Shown: piece by piece, positions 52,368-62,370 of the stretch | Numbering within the stretch: the first letter of the stretch is position 1 | How the letters are laid out: every line of letters starts with the position of its first letter | Assembly (NCBI GenBank): GCA_003552985.1 | Contig: PUPD01000265.1 | Span: 541-64,540 of the forward strand | Direction: 5' to 3' | Origin: Spirochaetaceae bacterium | GTDB taxonomy: Bacteria; Spirochaetota; Spirochaetia; DSM-27196; SLAA01 | DNA length: 64,000 nucleotides | Position numbers and translations under genes: made by a program | The notes under the pieces: generated by a model | Told to the model about the DNA's origin: nothing | Database searches by the model: none | The model's input: the letters and a program-made list of their open reading frames with translations, nothing else

Positions 52368-52799
52368 CTAAGCCGTGCCGCTGCCTATGATGGTTACCAC
52401 GACCCGGCGGGCTCCGCCGCTGTTGCGATGCTCGCAGAGGTATATTCCCTGCCAGGTTCCGAGGTTGAAACGCCCGTTCGACACCGGCAGCGTGAGCCCG
52501 GCTCCCAGCAGCGAGCTCTTGGCGTGCGCCGGCATATCGTCCGGGCCTTCGAGGGTATGCTGATACTCGGGGCGGTTTTCCGGCACCAGGGCGTTAAAGA
52601 TCGTTTCCATGTCGCGCCGCACGTCGGGAGAAGCGTTCTCGTTCAGCGTGAGGCCGGCCGAGGTGTGTTTCAGAAACACGTGGGCGATACCGCTTGTGAC
52701 CTTTCGTAGCGCAGGGATACCGTTTTCAATCTCAGAGGTGATAAGATGGAACCCTCGAGACCTCGGTGAGAGTTTCAATTCGTGTTGGCTGATCTGCAT
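52368..52799 (-). CDS. yjbQ: YjbQ/UPF0047 family protein ('secondary thiamine-phosphate synthase' family)
   Basis: Trimmed to MQISQHELKLSPRSRGFHLITSEI... (143 aa). HTSAGLTLNENASPDV..D and GPDDMPAHAKSSLLG are family signatures. The 181-codon upstream extension runs antisense through the flavin reductase gene. Confidence 0.85.
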   Translation of the reverse strand: MQISQHELKLSPRSRGFHLITSEIENGIPALRKVTSGIAHVFLKHTSAGLTLNENASPDVRRDMETIFNALVPENRPEYQHTLEGPDDMPAHAKSSLLGAGLTLPVSNGRFNLGTWQGIYLCEHRNSGGARRVVVTIIGSGTA

Positions 52800-52859
52800 G
52801 GGGCGTATCCTACGCAGTTCGGCTGTCGTTCGCAAGCGTATAGATGGAGGGAGCGCGAG

Positions 52860-53492
52860 GTGGAGATAGAACCGGCCCGACACCAGCCCAAAGAACTCTA
52901 CAAACTGCTGATCGGGTGCGTGGTGCCCCGTCCAATAGCCTGGATCACAACGGTAGGGCCACAAGGCGAGGTCAATCTGGCGCCGTTCAGCTTCTTCAAC
53001 GCCGTTTGCTCGAGCCCGCCGACGGTTTCGGTTGCGTTCAGCTACAACCCCGACACGGCCGACCACTGCAAGGACACGCTCGTGAACCTGCGCCGCGCGC
53101 AGGAGTTTGTCGTAAACGTGGTCGCCGAACCCTACGAAACCGCGATGACCGCCAGCTCCGCCGATTATCCTCGCGGAGTCTCCGAGACCGAAGCGCTGGG
53201 GCTTACGACGGTAGCGGCCAAACGGGGCAACACACCTCGATTGGCGGCGGCGCCGATAGCGCTCGAGTGCGTCCCGGTGCGTGAGATAGCGGTGGGAGAG
53301 GGGCCGGGGAGCGCCACGCTGGTGTTGGCCGAGGTCGTGCATCTTACGGTCCGCGACGAGCTGATCGACGAGCGCATGCGGATTGACCTCGATGCGCTGC
53401 GCCCGATCGGACGTCTGGCCGGCAACCGGTACTGCTACGTGCGTGAGATCTTCGAGATCGAGCGTCCGCGTTACCGGCCTGGCACGTGCTAG
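52860..53492 (+). CDS. flavin reductase-like (FMN-binding split-barrel) protein
   Basis: GTG start 6 nt after GGAGGGAG. LYKLLIGCVVPRPIAWITTVGPQGEVNLAPFSFFN is the Flavin_Reduct pattern. Confidence 0.8.
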   Translation: MEIEPARHQPKELYKLLIGCVVPRPIAWITTVGPQGEVNLAPFSFFNAVCSSPPTVSVAFSYNPDTADHCKDTLVNLRRAQEFVVNVVAEPYETAMTASSADYPRGVSETEALGLTTVAAKRGNTPRLAAAPIALECVPVREIAVGEGPGSATLVLAEVVHLTVRDELIDERMRIDLDALRPIGRLAGNRYCYVREIFEIERPRYRPGTC

Positions 53493-53502
53493 CCTTCGGG
53501 CG

Positions 53503-54240
53503 TCACATCAATCCCGAATACCGTCGTTTGACCACACTGGAGTAGACGAAGTCGATTGCGGTGACGAAATCAAACACCGGGAGACCGAACGCATCGTGAA
53601 CAGCTGCTCCGTAGGGTGGGAGCAGGCTGCATTCGAGCAGAATCGCCCCGAGCTCGCGGTCGCGGCGCAGCAGCCCGTCCACCGCGGTGACGACTTCGCG
53701 CTCTACCAGCTCGGTGTCGAGCGTATCAGCGGTCTCGTATACCGCGACCGGCGCAAAGTGTTCGGTGTGTTCCAGCCCGGCAACCACAACGCGGTCGCTC
53801 GAGCTCACTCCGGCGCGCTGCAGCAGCTCGCCGGTGAGTGAGCCGGCGTTGGCGGTCACCACTCCGATGCGGCGCTCGGGGCCGATGATAGTGCTGATCA
53901 ACGGAATTTGGATCAGGCTCGACATCATCACCGGTACGCCAAGCTCGCGCGCCAGGTCCTGCTGATAGAGCGCCATGAAGCCGCAATCGCTAGTGACGGC
54001 GCGCACGCCGTTCTGCACGAGTGAGCGGGCGCCGGCGAGCACCGTCTCGTACAAGCTACGGTCGTGCCGGAAAAGACGGGCCGGCGTCAAACCTTCGACG
54101 CGTTGGAAGCGCACCGGGTATGCGTATGTCGTAGCGTTCGCCACGTCTCCGGGAACGAACGGGCAGTGATCCTGATCGAGAAGCAGAATGCCGATCGGCT
54201 CGCCGTAACTCACCTGCCCGTGGCGTGCTCTGTAGACCAT
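53503..54240 (-). CDS. Asp/Glu/hydantoin racemase-superfamily protein
   Basis: 245 aa. GILLLD..., VRAVTSDCGF and AILLECSLLPPY give two Cys-containing half-sites typical of the aspartate/glutamate racemase / arylmalonate decarboxylase family. Confidence 0.65.
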   Translation of the reverse strand: MVYRARHGQVSYGEPIGILLLDQDHCPFVPGDVANATTYAYPVRFQRVEGLTPARLFRHDRSLYETVLAGARSLVQNGVRAVTSDCGFMALYQQDLARELGVPVMMSSLIQIPLISTIIGPERRIGVVTANAGSLTGELLQRAGVSSSDRVVVAGLEHTEHFAPVAVYETADTLDTELVEREVVTAVDGLLRRDRELGAILLECSLLPPYGAAVHDAFGLPVFDFVTAIDFVYSSVVKRRYSGLM

Positions 54241-54407
54241 GAACTATCCTCCGGAAAAGGCAGCCGAATTCTTGCCCGCCGCCTTCAGGACCTCTGAGCT
54301 TTCGTGCCTAGACTGTACCACCGATCGGACATCTCGCTCCAGCGGCCGGCCGCAGGATCGCCTGCCCGGCGAACGCGGAGCCGCCGATGCATAGAGCTGG
54401 GTGACGG

Positions 54408-55622
54408 TTGCGCCGGTATGGTAAGATGCCGTGCATGAACGCCCAAGCAAACCCTGATCAGCTATCGTTTCGCGAGAGTCTCAAACCGGTGTGCTTTGTG
54501 GTCGCGGTCTTCGTGTTCGGGATGCTGGGGCGCTCGATTCTGTCTCCGCTCCTTCCGCCCATCCGTGAGGCGTTCGACGTTTCGCATGCGCGCGCCTCGC
54601 AGCTGTTCATCGTGCTCAGCCTTGGCTACGGTGCAGCGATGCTGCTTTCGGGGTTTGTCTCCGCGCGATTGACTCACCGTCGTACGATTGTGCTCTCGGC
54701 CTGTGTGATGAGCGCCGCGCTGGCGTGGATGGCGGTTTCTCCGGCGTTGGGGATGTTCCGCGCCGGCGTGGCGATCCTTGGCGCGGGGTTCGGCCTGTAT
54801 CCGCCGTCGGGCATCTCCACCGTTACCGACCTGGTGCGCCCTGCTGACTGGCAGAAAGCGCTCGCGATTCACGAGCTCGGTCCGCATCTGGGCATGATCG
54901 GAGCTCCTCTGTACGCGAACGTTCTCCTGATGCTGACCGGATGGCGGGTCGCACTGGCGGTGCTTGCGGTGATGCTCCTGGCGGTAGCGTGGGCGTTCTC
55001 ACGGGGCGTGCCGCCGCGAGAACGCTACGGCGAGGCTCCGACGCTGCGGACGCTCGCGCCGATCTTGACGAAGCCGCGCTTCTGGATTCTGGTGCTGTTG
55101 TTCGGTATGGCGCTCGGCAGTACCGACGGCATCTACCTGATGATTCCGTCCTTCCTCGTAAGCGAAGCCGGGTTCTCGCTTGTGGCTGCCAACAACGTTT
55201 TCGGGGTGTCCCGCTTCCTGCCGATTGCGGCGCTGCTGTCGGCGGTCTTCATTGTGGACCGAATTGGGCGGCGGACGGCGATGTTCGTTGCGTTGGTCGG
55301 GACCGGGCTTGCGGTGCTGTTGATCGGGCTTTCGAGCGGCGCGCCGCTGATCGTCGCGGTCTTCCTGCAGCCGAGTATCGGGGCTCTGTTCTTCCCCGCC
55401 GGGTTTGCTACCTTATCGGCGGTTGCTCCGCCGCGCTCACGCAACGTTGCGGTCTCGGTGGCGTTGCCGTTTTCCGCCCTCATCGGAATCGGGCTGATCC
55501 CCGCGTGGTTGGGCCTCATGAGTGACCTGGCCGGATTTCGCGAAGGATTCGTGCTGGTGGGGACGGTGATCGCAGCCGCGGCGTTGCTTACGGTCGCGCT
55601 CGGCCCTGTGCGCGATTCGTGA
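54408..55622 (+). CDS. MFS transporter
   Basis: 12-TM pattern with the MFS loop motif (VDRIGRRTAM). The TTG at 54408 comes from the ORF track, and ATG 54426 or 54435 are more likely starts. Confidence 0.8.
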   Translation: MRRYGKMPCMNAQANPDQLSFRESLKPVCFVVAVFVFGMLGRSILSPLLPPIREAFDVSHARASQLFIVLSLGYGAAMLLSGFVSARLTHRRTIVLSACVMSAALAWMAVSPALGMFRAGVAILGAGFGLYPPSGISTVTDLVRPADWQKALAIHELGPHLGMIGAPLYANVLLMLTGWRVALAVLAVMLLAVAWAFSRGVPPRERYGEAPTLRTLAPILTKPRFWILVLLFGMALGSTDGIYLMIPSFLVSEAGFSLVAANNVFGVSRFLPIAALLSAVFIVDRIGRRTAMFVALVGTGLAVLLIGLSSGAPLIVAVFLQPSIGALFFPAGFATLSAVAPPRSRNVAVSVALPFSALIGIGLIPAWLGLMSDLAGFREGFVLVGTVIAAAALLTVALGPVRDS

Positions 55623-55750
55623 GCGGGTTGCGCCGCCGGGGTCGTTGTCCACAGCAGGCTTGTTTGTCCGGCGCGTTTGTCCCCGCTGGGGATCGGTGAT
55701 AGGATGGGCGGCGCCGGTCTTTCCGGTAACTGAGTCACAAGGAGTGCGCT

Positions 55751-56737
55751 ATGCAGCTGAGTAAAGATACCGAGAGACTGCTCCTCGAAGCCTCGCGTCC
55801 CGGAAAGTGGGTGCCGGACGAGTACGATGTGAGCCTGGGCGATATCATGGTCGATTGGCGTCAGGCCGAGCACGCCGATATCGGCATTGTCGGCATACCG
55901 TTCGACACCGCGGTGACCGGCCGGCGCGGGTGCCGGTTTGGACCCGACAGCATCAGGAATGCGCTCGTGTTCTCGGACGTGTATGAGCCCGGCCTGGATA
56001 TCGATCTCTCACAAGACTTCTCCGTGACCGACTTCGGGAACATCGATGTTCTGGTTACCGATGTTCTGGGAACGCACGCGCGCGTGGAGCAGGTCGTCAC
56101 CGAGATATTCAAGACCGGTGTGACTCCGGTCATCATCGGCGGAGATCACTCGCTTGCCTATCCCGACGTCTGCGGCCTGCTCAACAGCGTCGAGGGCGAT
56201 GTAGGGGTGATCAATATCGACGCGCATCTCGATGTGCGGGTCTCTCATCATGGCGAGGTTTCGAGCGGAACCCCGTTCCGAAGACTGCTCGAGCGTGCGG
56301 AGAAACCGCTCAAACCGCAGCACTTCGTCGAGCTGGGAACAAACGGGTGGCTGAACTCGCGCTATTACATGGACTACTGCCGTGAGATGGGGATTCGCGT
56401 GATCCCCTGCCGGGAGATTCACAAACGCGGCATCGAGGCTACCGTCAACGAGGCGCTCGAGCGGGTCAGCGACGGAACCGATGCTGTGTTCCTGAGCTTC
56501 GATATTGATGCGCTGGACCTTGCCCACGTGCCCGGGACCAACGTGCCGGGAGTCGGCGGGCTGAGCTCGCATCAGGCGCTCGAAGCGGTCTGGATGATTG
56601 GGCGGCATTCGCTATGCCGCGGGATAGACCTGGTTGAGGTCGCGCCTGCGCTCGATGCAGCGGGAGTGAGCTCGATGATGGCGAGTGCCCTCCTGATGCA
56701 GTTCATGGGTGCGACGAAGAAGCGTCGCGACGGATGA
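55751..56737 (+). CDS. ureohydrolase (arginase/agmatinase/formimidoylglutamase family)
   Basis: Mn-binding motifs GGDHSLAYP, NIDAHLDV and SFDIDALD....PGT..P..GGLS. Confidence 0.85.
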   Translation: MQLSKDTERLLLEASRPGKWVPDEYDVSLGDIMVDWRQAEHADIGIVGIPFDTAVTGRRGCRFGPDSIRNALVFSDVYEPGLDIDLSQDFSVTDFGNIDVLVTDVLGTHARVEQVVTEIFKTGVTPVIIGGDHSLAYPDVCGLLNSVEGDVGVINIDAHLDVRVSHHGEVSSGTPFRRLLERAEKPLKPQHFVELGTNGWLNSRYYMDYCREMGIRVIPCREIHKRGIEATVNEALERVSDGTDAVFLSFDIDALDLAHVPGTNVPGVGGLSSHQALEAVWMIGRHSLCRGIDLVEVAPALDAAGVSSMMASALLMQFMGATKKRRDG

Positions 56738-56801
56738 GTGAACCCCGGGAGATGCTCTGCCGCTACGCGCGGGAGCTGGAGGTCCCGATACCGGAGATGC
56801 C

Positions 56802-58064
56802 ATGATCGATATCGAGCGCTTGTGGAGTGATATCGAAGCGATGGCTTCTATCGGCCGCCGGCCGCAAGGCGGGGTGTCGCGAGGGGCGTTTTCACCGGTG
56901 GAACAAGAGGCGCGCGGTTACCTCATCGAGCGCATGCGCGAGTGCGGGCTTGCGGTAGTGACAGACGCCGCCGGTAACATCTTTGGACGGCTGGACGGTG
57001 AAGGTGCCGGCGAAGGTGCTGCAGTGATTGCCGGGTCGCATATCGACAGCGTAGAGGGCGGCGGCGATTACGACGGGGTGCTCGGGGTGTTCGGGGCGCT
57101 TGAATGCGTGCGCACGCTGCAGGATCGCAAGGTGCCCCTGCGGCGGCCGGTTGAGGTTGCGGCGTTCGCCGACGAGGAGGAGCGTTTCTACGGGTTCCTC
57201 GGAAGCTACGCCTTCACCGGCCGCCTGGAGTATTCCGATATCGCCGAAGTGAGGGACGCGGACGGCGCGCGGCTCCTCGATGCAATGCAGGCGCTTGGGC
57301 TCGACCCGTCCGTAATCGCAGACGCGCGACGACCGGCCGAGGAGATTCACGCCTTCGTCGAGCTTCACATCGAGCAGGGACCGACCCTCGATCGCGAAGG
57401 GCTCCCGATCGGGGTCGTCGACCGGGTTAAGGGCAACTACCGCTTCAACGTGCGGGTTGAAGGACGCTCGGATCACGCCGGGGCGCCGCCTGAGGGGCGT
57501 TGCGACGCGTTCATGCTGCTGCACCGGTTGATCGCCCGCCATCTGCGCCGGCAGGCCGAGAGCGGTGATCCGGAGCTGAGTTGTACGATCGGGCGAGTTA
57601 CGGTCGAGCCGAACATCGAAACGGTGCAGCCGGGGGTCGCGGAGTGTTCCGTCGACCTGCGCTCGAGCGTGCCGGAGGTCCTGCGGAACGCACAGGTGGA
57701 GCTCGAGCGCGCCGCTGAGGAGTTGGCCGCCGAGCACGGGGCGGCGATCCGGATCTCAAGCATTCTTCGCGAAGAGCCTCTGCAGTTCGATGCAGCCGTC
57801 GTGGCGGCAATCGACACTGCTGCCGGCGAGCTCGGTTACGCGCGTCGGTTTATCGCGAGCGGCGCGGGGCACGATGCGCAGGTGATCGGCCGCTACGCTC
57901 CCGCCGCGATGATCTTCGTTCCGAGCGTCGGCGGTCGAAGCCACTGTCCGGAAGAGCTTACCGGCCGAGAGGATATCGAGCGCGGAGTGAATGTGCTCTA
58001 TCGTACGCTTGTCGCGCTGGCCGGCTATCGCACCCTGCAGGGCGGTGCAGGCAGAACCGGCTGA
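56802..58064 (+). CDS. M20 Zn-dependent amidohydrolase (allantoate amidohydrolase / N-carbamoyl-L-amino-acid hydrolase family)
   Basis: DAAGNIFGR, GSHIDSV..GG.YDG..GV, FADEEERF, and the C-terminal SGAGHDAQ...MIFVPS.GG.SH.PEE. Confidence 0.85.
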   Translation: MIDIERLWSDIEAMASIGRRPQGGVSRGAFSPVEQEARGYLIERMRECGLAVVTDAAGNIFGRLDGEGAGEGAAVIAGSHIDSVEGGGDYDGVLGVFGALECVRTLQDRKVPLRRPVEVAAFADEEERFYGFLGSYAFTGRLEYSDIAEVRDADGARLLDAMQALGLDPSVIADARRPAEEIHAFVELHIEQGPTLDREGLPIGVVDRVKGNYRFNVRVEGRSDHAGAPPEGRCDAFMLLHRLIARHLRRQAESGDPELSCTIGRVTVEPNIETVQPGVAECSVDLRSSVPEVLRNAQVELERAAEELAAEHGAAIRISSILREEPLQFDAAVVAAIDTAAGELGYARRFIASGAGHDAQVIGRYAPAAMIFVPSVGGRSHCPEELTGREDIERGVNVLYRTLVALAGYRTLQGGAGRTG

Positions 58065-58166
58065 GCTTGCGATTTCCGCGCTCATCGGATATGGTTTCTA
58101 CCAAGTTCCACTTAACCTGACTACGCAAGTCGTGTAGTCAATCGGGACAGGGCGGAACTGGTTCTG

Positions 58167-59525
58167 ATGCTCATAGCACTCGTAGGAATTGATCATGAAA
58201 CTTCACCTCCGGCGATGCGCGAGCGAGCCGCCGTGGCGCGGCAGTCGCTGCCGAGCGCCCTGAGCGAGCTGCGCGCCGTGCCGAACGTTGAGGCGTGTGC
58301 GATACTCAGTACCTGTAATCGTATTGAGCTGTACGCGGTGCTGCGCGAGCACGCATCCGGCATGGAAGCGCTCAATCGTTTCCTTGCCGAGCGCGCCGGT
58401 GTCTCGATCGCTGAGCTCGCGTCGCATCGTTATATCAGGACGCGTTCGCATGCCGCGCGGCACCTGTTTCGTGTGGCAGCCGGGCTGGAATCTATGGTGC
58501 TCGGCGAAGACCAGATTCTTGCGCAGGTCAAAGAGGCCTACGCGGCAGTGCTCACGGCACAATGCGGCGATGCGGTGCTCCACGAGCTTTTTCTGCGAGC
58601 CATTCAGGTCGGCAAGCGGGTGCGCACTGAAACCGGGATCGCCCGTCACCCTGCCTCGCTGAGCTCGCTTGCGGTTGAGCTCTGCAGCGTTGAGCTGGAC
58701 GGACTGCAGGGCCGGCACGTGGTGGTGCTGGGTGCCGGAGAAATGGCGCGTCTGGCGGTCGAGAACCTCACCGCGCGCTGTGCTGCTCGTGTCACGGTCG
58801 TGAACCGTTCGGTCGAACACGCGCGGACGCTTGTCGAGGGTGTCGCCCGGAAGCAGCAGACGCAGGGCGGTGCGCTCGGCATCGCTTCCCTTGATACGCT
58901 CGCCGAACAGCTGCATACGGCCGATGCGCTTATCACGGCAACCGCCGCTCCGGCGTGGCTGGTGGACGCCGAGACACTGTACACCGTCACTCAGCATCGC
59001 GGCGGCGAGCAGTTCGTGGTTATCGACCTCGGGCTTCCGCGCGACGTAGAGCCCGGCGCCGAGAATCTCGACGGGGTCAGGGTGTACCGAATCGACAGTC
59101 TCCGAACCATCGCCGCTGAGAACCGCCGGGCGCGGGCGGGGCATCTGGAGCAGGCCGCACGAATCGTCGACGCAGCCCTGCCGGAGTTCCTGGAGTGGCT
59201 TGAAGCCCGCTACGTGGTGCCGACCGTCTCAGCGCTGCAGCGCCGTGGCCGTGAGGTGCTCGAGCGTGAGTTGCAGCGCGCGATTAATCGCCTCGACGAC
59301 GAACTGGGGGCGCGTGAGCACCGCGTACTGCGTGAGATGGGCGACAGCATCGTCAGGCAGCTGGTTAATACGCCGATCAGCCGACTCAAACAGCAGTCTG
59401 CGGTCGGCGAAGGGCGCTTGTATGCCGAGATCGCATGCGAGCTATTCGGTCTGCGGCCTGAGACTGAAGCCGAACACGAGGACGAGCCGGCGGCTGGTAC
59501 GGATCGAGGTCACGACTCTGCATGA
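58167..59525 (+). CDS. hemA: glutamyl-tRNA reductase
   Basis: GIDHETSP, ILSTCNRIELY (catalytic Cys), GLESMVLGEDQILAQVK and VLGAGEMA. Confidence 0.92.
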   Translation: MLIALVGIDHETSPPAMRERAAVARQSLPSALSELRAVPNVEACAILSTCNRIELYAVLREHASGMEALNRFLAERAGVSIAELASHRYIRTRSHAARHLFRVAAGLESMVLGEDQILAQVKEAYAAVLTAQCGDAVLHELFLRAIQVGKRVRTETGIARHPASLSSLAVELCSVELDGLQGRHVVVLGAGEMARLAVENLTARCAARVTVVNRSVEHARTLVEGVARKQQTQGGALGIASLDTLAEQLHTADALITATAAPAWLVDAETLYTVTQHRGGEQFVVIDLGLPRDVEPGAENLDGVRVYRIDSLRTIAAENRRARAGHLEQAARIVDAALPEFLEWLEARYVVPTVSALQRRGREVLERELQRAINRLDDELGAREHRVLREMGDSIVRQLVNTPISRLKQQSAVGEGRLYAEIACELFGLRPETEAEHEDEPAAGTDRGHDSA

Positions 59526-61189
59526 ACGAGGTGCGAATGAACAGCGGCGTTATCTACCTGGTGGGGGCCGGGCCCGGCGACCCGGGACTCTTGACCTGCC
59601 GCGCGGTGGAAACGCTGCAGCAGGCTGACGTCGTGTTGTACGATCGCCTGCTCGACAACCGGGTGCTCGAGCACGCGACGACGGCCGAGCTCGTGTTCGT
59701 CGGAAAACGGCCCGACCGCCACCCGGTCCCGCAGGAGGAGATCAACGCCCTCCTGATAGCGCGCGCCCGGCGCGGCGAGACGGTGGTGCGACTGAAAGGC
59801 GGCGATCCGTTCGTGTTCGGCCGTGGGGGCGAGGAGGCGCTTGCGGCGCGGGCGGCCGGATTGCAGTGCGAGATCGTGCCCGGGATCACCTCCGCGATCG
59901 CCGCGCCGGCGTACGCCGGCATACCGGTTACACACCGCGGCCTTGCGACCGGAGTGACGATCGTGACCGGCCACGAAGACCCCGCGAAGCCGGACTCACA
60001 GGTTGATTGGCAACGACTGGCGGCCGGAGAGGAGACGCTCGTTGTTCTGATGGGTATGGCGCGGTTGAAGACGATTGCGCAGACGCTGATCGCGCACGGC
60101 CGCGCAGCCGATACACCGGTGGCGGTGATCGAGAACGGCACGCACCCGGAGCAGCGCAGCGTGGTGGGCACGCTTGCAAGCATCGACGAGCAGGTGCAGC
60201 GCGTCGGGCTCGGGAGCCCGGCCGTTGTGGTGGTCGGAACGGTGGCTGCACTGGCGCAAGAGCTTGCCTGGCTTCCCGAGCGTCCTCTTGCCGGGCGGCG
60301 GGTAGTCGTAACCCGCGCGCAGGCTCAGGCCGGAAAGCTCGCGCGGCTTCTGCGAAACAGCGGCGCTTATCCCATAGAGGTGCCGGTTATCGAGACCGCG
60401 CCTCCCGAGGATCCCGGTGCGCTCGACGCTGCACTGGGCAACCTCGCGGGGTATGACGCGGTCGTGTTTGTGAGCGTGAATGCCGTCGAGGCATGCTTTG
60501 AGCGGATGCGCGGCGTACACCGGCTCGATGCGCGCGCCCTAGCCGGTCTTGAGATATGGGCGCTGGGGTCGCGCACCGTTGAAGCCCTGAAGCAGCGCGG
60601 TATCGATGCCGACCTCACCCCGCATGACCATGACCTCACTTCGTTGTTCGAGCGGGAATCGGCGCGCGCCCCAAGCGGCCGCCGCTACCTGCTCCCGCGC
60701 GGCTCGGCACCGACGGGCGAGGGTGGAAGCCTTGCGATAGCCGAGGCTCTGGCAACGCGTGGAGCGCGGGTCGATGAAGTCAGCGCCTATCGCAGCGTGC
60801 CGGTGGCCGGCGTGCGCCGGCGATTACAGCGGCTGCTCGAGGAGAAACGCATCGATGCGATCACCTTTACAAGCTCCTCGGCGGTGCAGAGCTTCGCGGC
60901 TGAGTTCCCGGCGGCCGAGCTTGCCGAGCTGTGCTCGCAGTCGGCGATCGCATCGATCGGACCGCTTACCAGCGCCACGGCGCGTGAGGTGGGGCTTCCG
61001 CCGAAAGTCGAGGCCGCAGACAGCACGCTGACGGGGCTGCTCGAGGCGCTGATCGCGCATTGTGCAGCCGACACGCGAGGCGCGCCGGCCACGCGAGGCG
61101 CGGAAGCCCCATACCACGCGCCAGACGCAAGCGACGCGGGCCCGTCGTCGGCAGGTACGGTTACTTCCAACGAAAGGGACGGAGCATGA
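59522..61189 (+). CDS. bifunctional uroporphyrinogen-III C-methyltransferase / uroporphyrinogen-III synthase (CobA-HemD fusion)
   Basis: ATGA overlap with hemA. The N-terminal part is SUMT (VYLVGAGPGDPGLLT, RLKGGDPFVFGRGGEE, VPGITSA). The C-terminal part is HemD-like (RRVVVTRAQAQAGKLARLL...). Confidence 0.9.
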   Translation: MNEVRMNSGVIYLVGAGPGDPGLLTCRAVETLQQADVVLYDRLLDNRVLEHATTAELVFVGKRPDRHPVPQEEINALLIARARRGETVVRLKGGDPFVFGRGGEEALAARAAGLQCEIVPGITSAIAAPAYAGIPVTHRGLATGVTIVTGHEDPAKPDSQVDWQRLAAGEETLVVLMGMARLKTIAQTLIAHGRAADTPVAVIENGTHPEQRSVVGTLASIDEQVQRVGLGSPAVVVVGTVAALAQELAWLPERPLAGRRVVVTRAQAQAGKLARLLRNSGAYPIEVPVIETAPPEDPGALDAALGNLAGYDAVVFVSVNAVEACFERMRGVHRLDARALAGLEIWALGSRTVEALKQRGIDADLTPHDHDLTSLFERESARAPSGRRYLLPRGSAPTGEGGSLAIAEALATRGARVDEVSAYRSVPVAGVRRRLQRLLEEKRIDAITFTSSSAVQSFAAEFPAAELAELCSQSAIASIGPLTSATAREVGLPPKVEAADSTLTGLLEALIAHCAADTRGAPATRGAEAPYHAPDASDAGPSSAGTVTSNERDGA

Positions 61190-62370
61190 TCAGTCTGAGC
61201 AAGCTGCTGCTTGATACCGAGACATACGGTGATCGGCTGCGCTACAGCGATGACACGGGCGGGACCCGCCACGGCACGCACGCGGGCCACGGGCCGGTAG
61301 TGGTCTGGAACTGCACCCGCGCCTGCAACCTGCTCTGCAAGCACTGCTACTGCGCTGCCGACGGGGGCCCGGCCGCCGGGGAGCTCACAACCGCCGAGGC
61401 GGAAGCCTTTATCGACGACCTGGCGCAGTACCGCGTGCCGGTGCTGTTGTTTTCCGGCGGCGAGCCTACGCTGCGGCGCGATCTGCCGCACCTGATTGAG
61501 TTCGCGCGCGAGCGCGGGATTCGCTGCACGATATCGACCAACGGCACGCTGATCTCCCGCCGGCGGGCTGAGCAGTTCCGCGCGCTCGGGGTGAGCTATG
61601 TGGGCGTTAGTCTTGACGGCATCGGTGCCCGCAACGACGCATTCCGGGGTCGTGAGGGCGCGTTTCAAGATGCTCTCACCGGAATCAGAAACTGCCGCGA
61701 GGTCGGCCAGAAGGTAGGGTTACGTTTCACCATGAGCCGCGATAACCTGACCGAGCTCGAGGAGATCTTCACGCTGGTTGAACGCGAGAACATTCCCCGC
61801 ATCTGCTTCTACCACCTGGCGTACGCTGGTCGGGGAGCCGAGATGATGACGGCTGCGCCGACGCACGCCGAGACCCGCGCCGCGCTCGACCGCATTATCG
61901 CCTGGTGCGAGCGCATGGCGGCCGACGGCTCGCCGCGCGAGGTTCTGACCGTCGATAATCACTGCGACGGGGTGTACCTGTACCACAAGCTGCGGCGCAG
62001 CGAGCCCGAGCGGGCCGAGCGGGTGCTTGAGCTCCTGCGGCGAAGCGGCGGTAACCGGAGCGGCATCGCGATCGGCCGGGTCGACTGGCTAGGCAACGTG
62101 CATGCCGACCAGTTCACGCCCGGCCACACTTTCGGAAACATCCGCGAAAGCCGCTTCTCACAGATCTGGAGCGAGGCGAAGCATCCGGTGCTCGCCGGCC
62201 TGCGCAACCGCAAACCGTTACTCGGCGGGCGCTGCGCCGAATGCCGCTACCTCGATATCTGCAATGGAAACCTGCGCTCGCGAGCCGAGGCCGCCCACGG
62301 TGACTTCTGGGCGCCGGACCCGGCCTGCTATCTCGACTACGAAACCGAGGTTATGGAGAGCGACCGATGA
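61186..62370 (+). CDS. radical SAM/SPASM protein of the NirJ/AhbC/AhbD family
   Basis: ATGA overlap with cobA-hemD. Cluster motif CNLLCKHCY, SGGEPTL, and C-terminal SPASM-like cysteines (GGRCAECRYLDICNG...PACY). I cannot tell AhbC from AhbD by eye. Confidence 0.8.
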   Translation: MISLSKLLLDTETYGDRLRYSDDTGGTRHGTHAGHGPVVVWNCTRACNLLCKHCYCAADGGPAAGELTTAEAEAFIDDLAQYRVPVLLFSGGEPTLRRDLPHLIEFARERGIRCTISTNGTLISRRRAEQFRALGVSYVGVSLDGIGARNDAFRGREGAFQDALTGIRNCREVGQKVGLRFTMSRDNLTELEEIFTLVERENIPRICFYHLAYAGRGAEMMTAAPTHAETRAALDRIIAWCERMAADGSPREVLTVDNHCDGVYLYHKLRRSEPERAERVLELLRRSGGNRSGIAIGRVDWLGNVHADQFTPGHTFGNIRESRFSQIWSEAKHPVLAGLRNRKPLLGGRCAECRYLDICNGNLRSRAEAAHGDFWAPDPACYLDYETEVMESDR

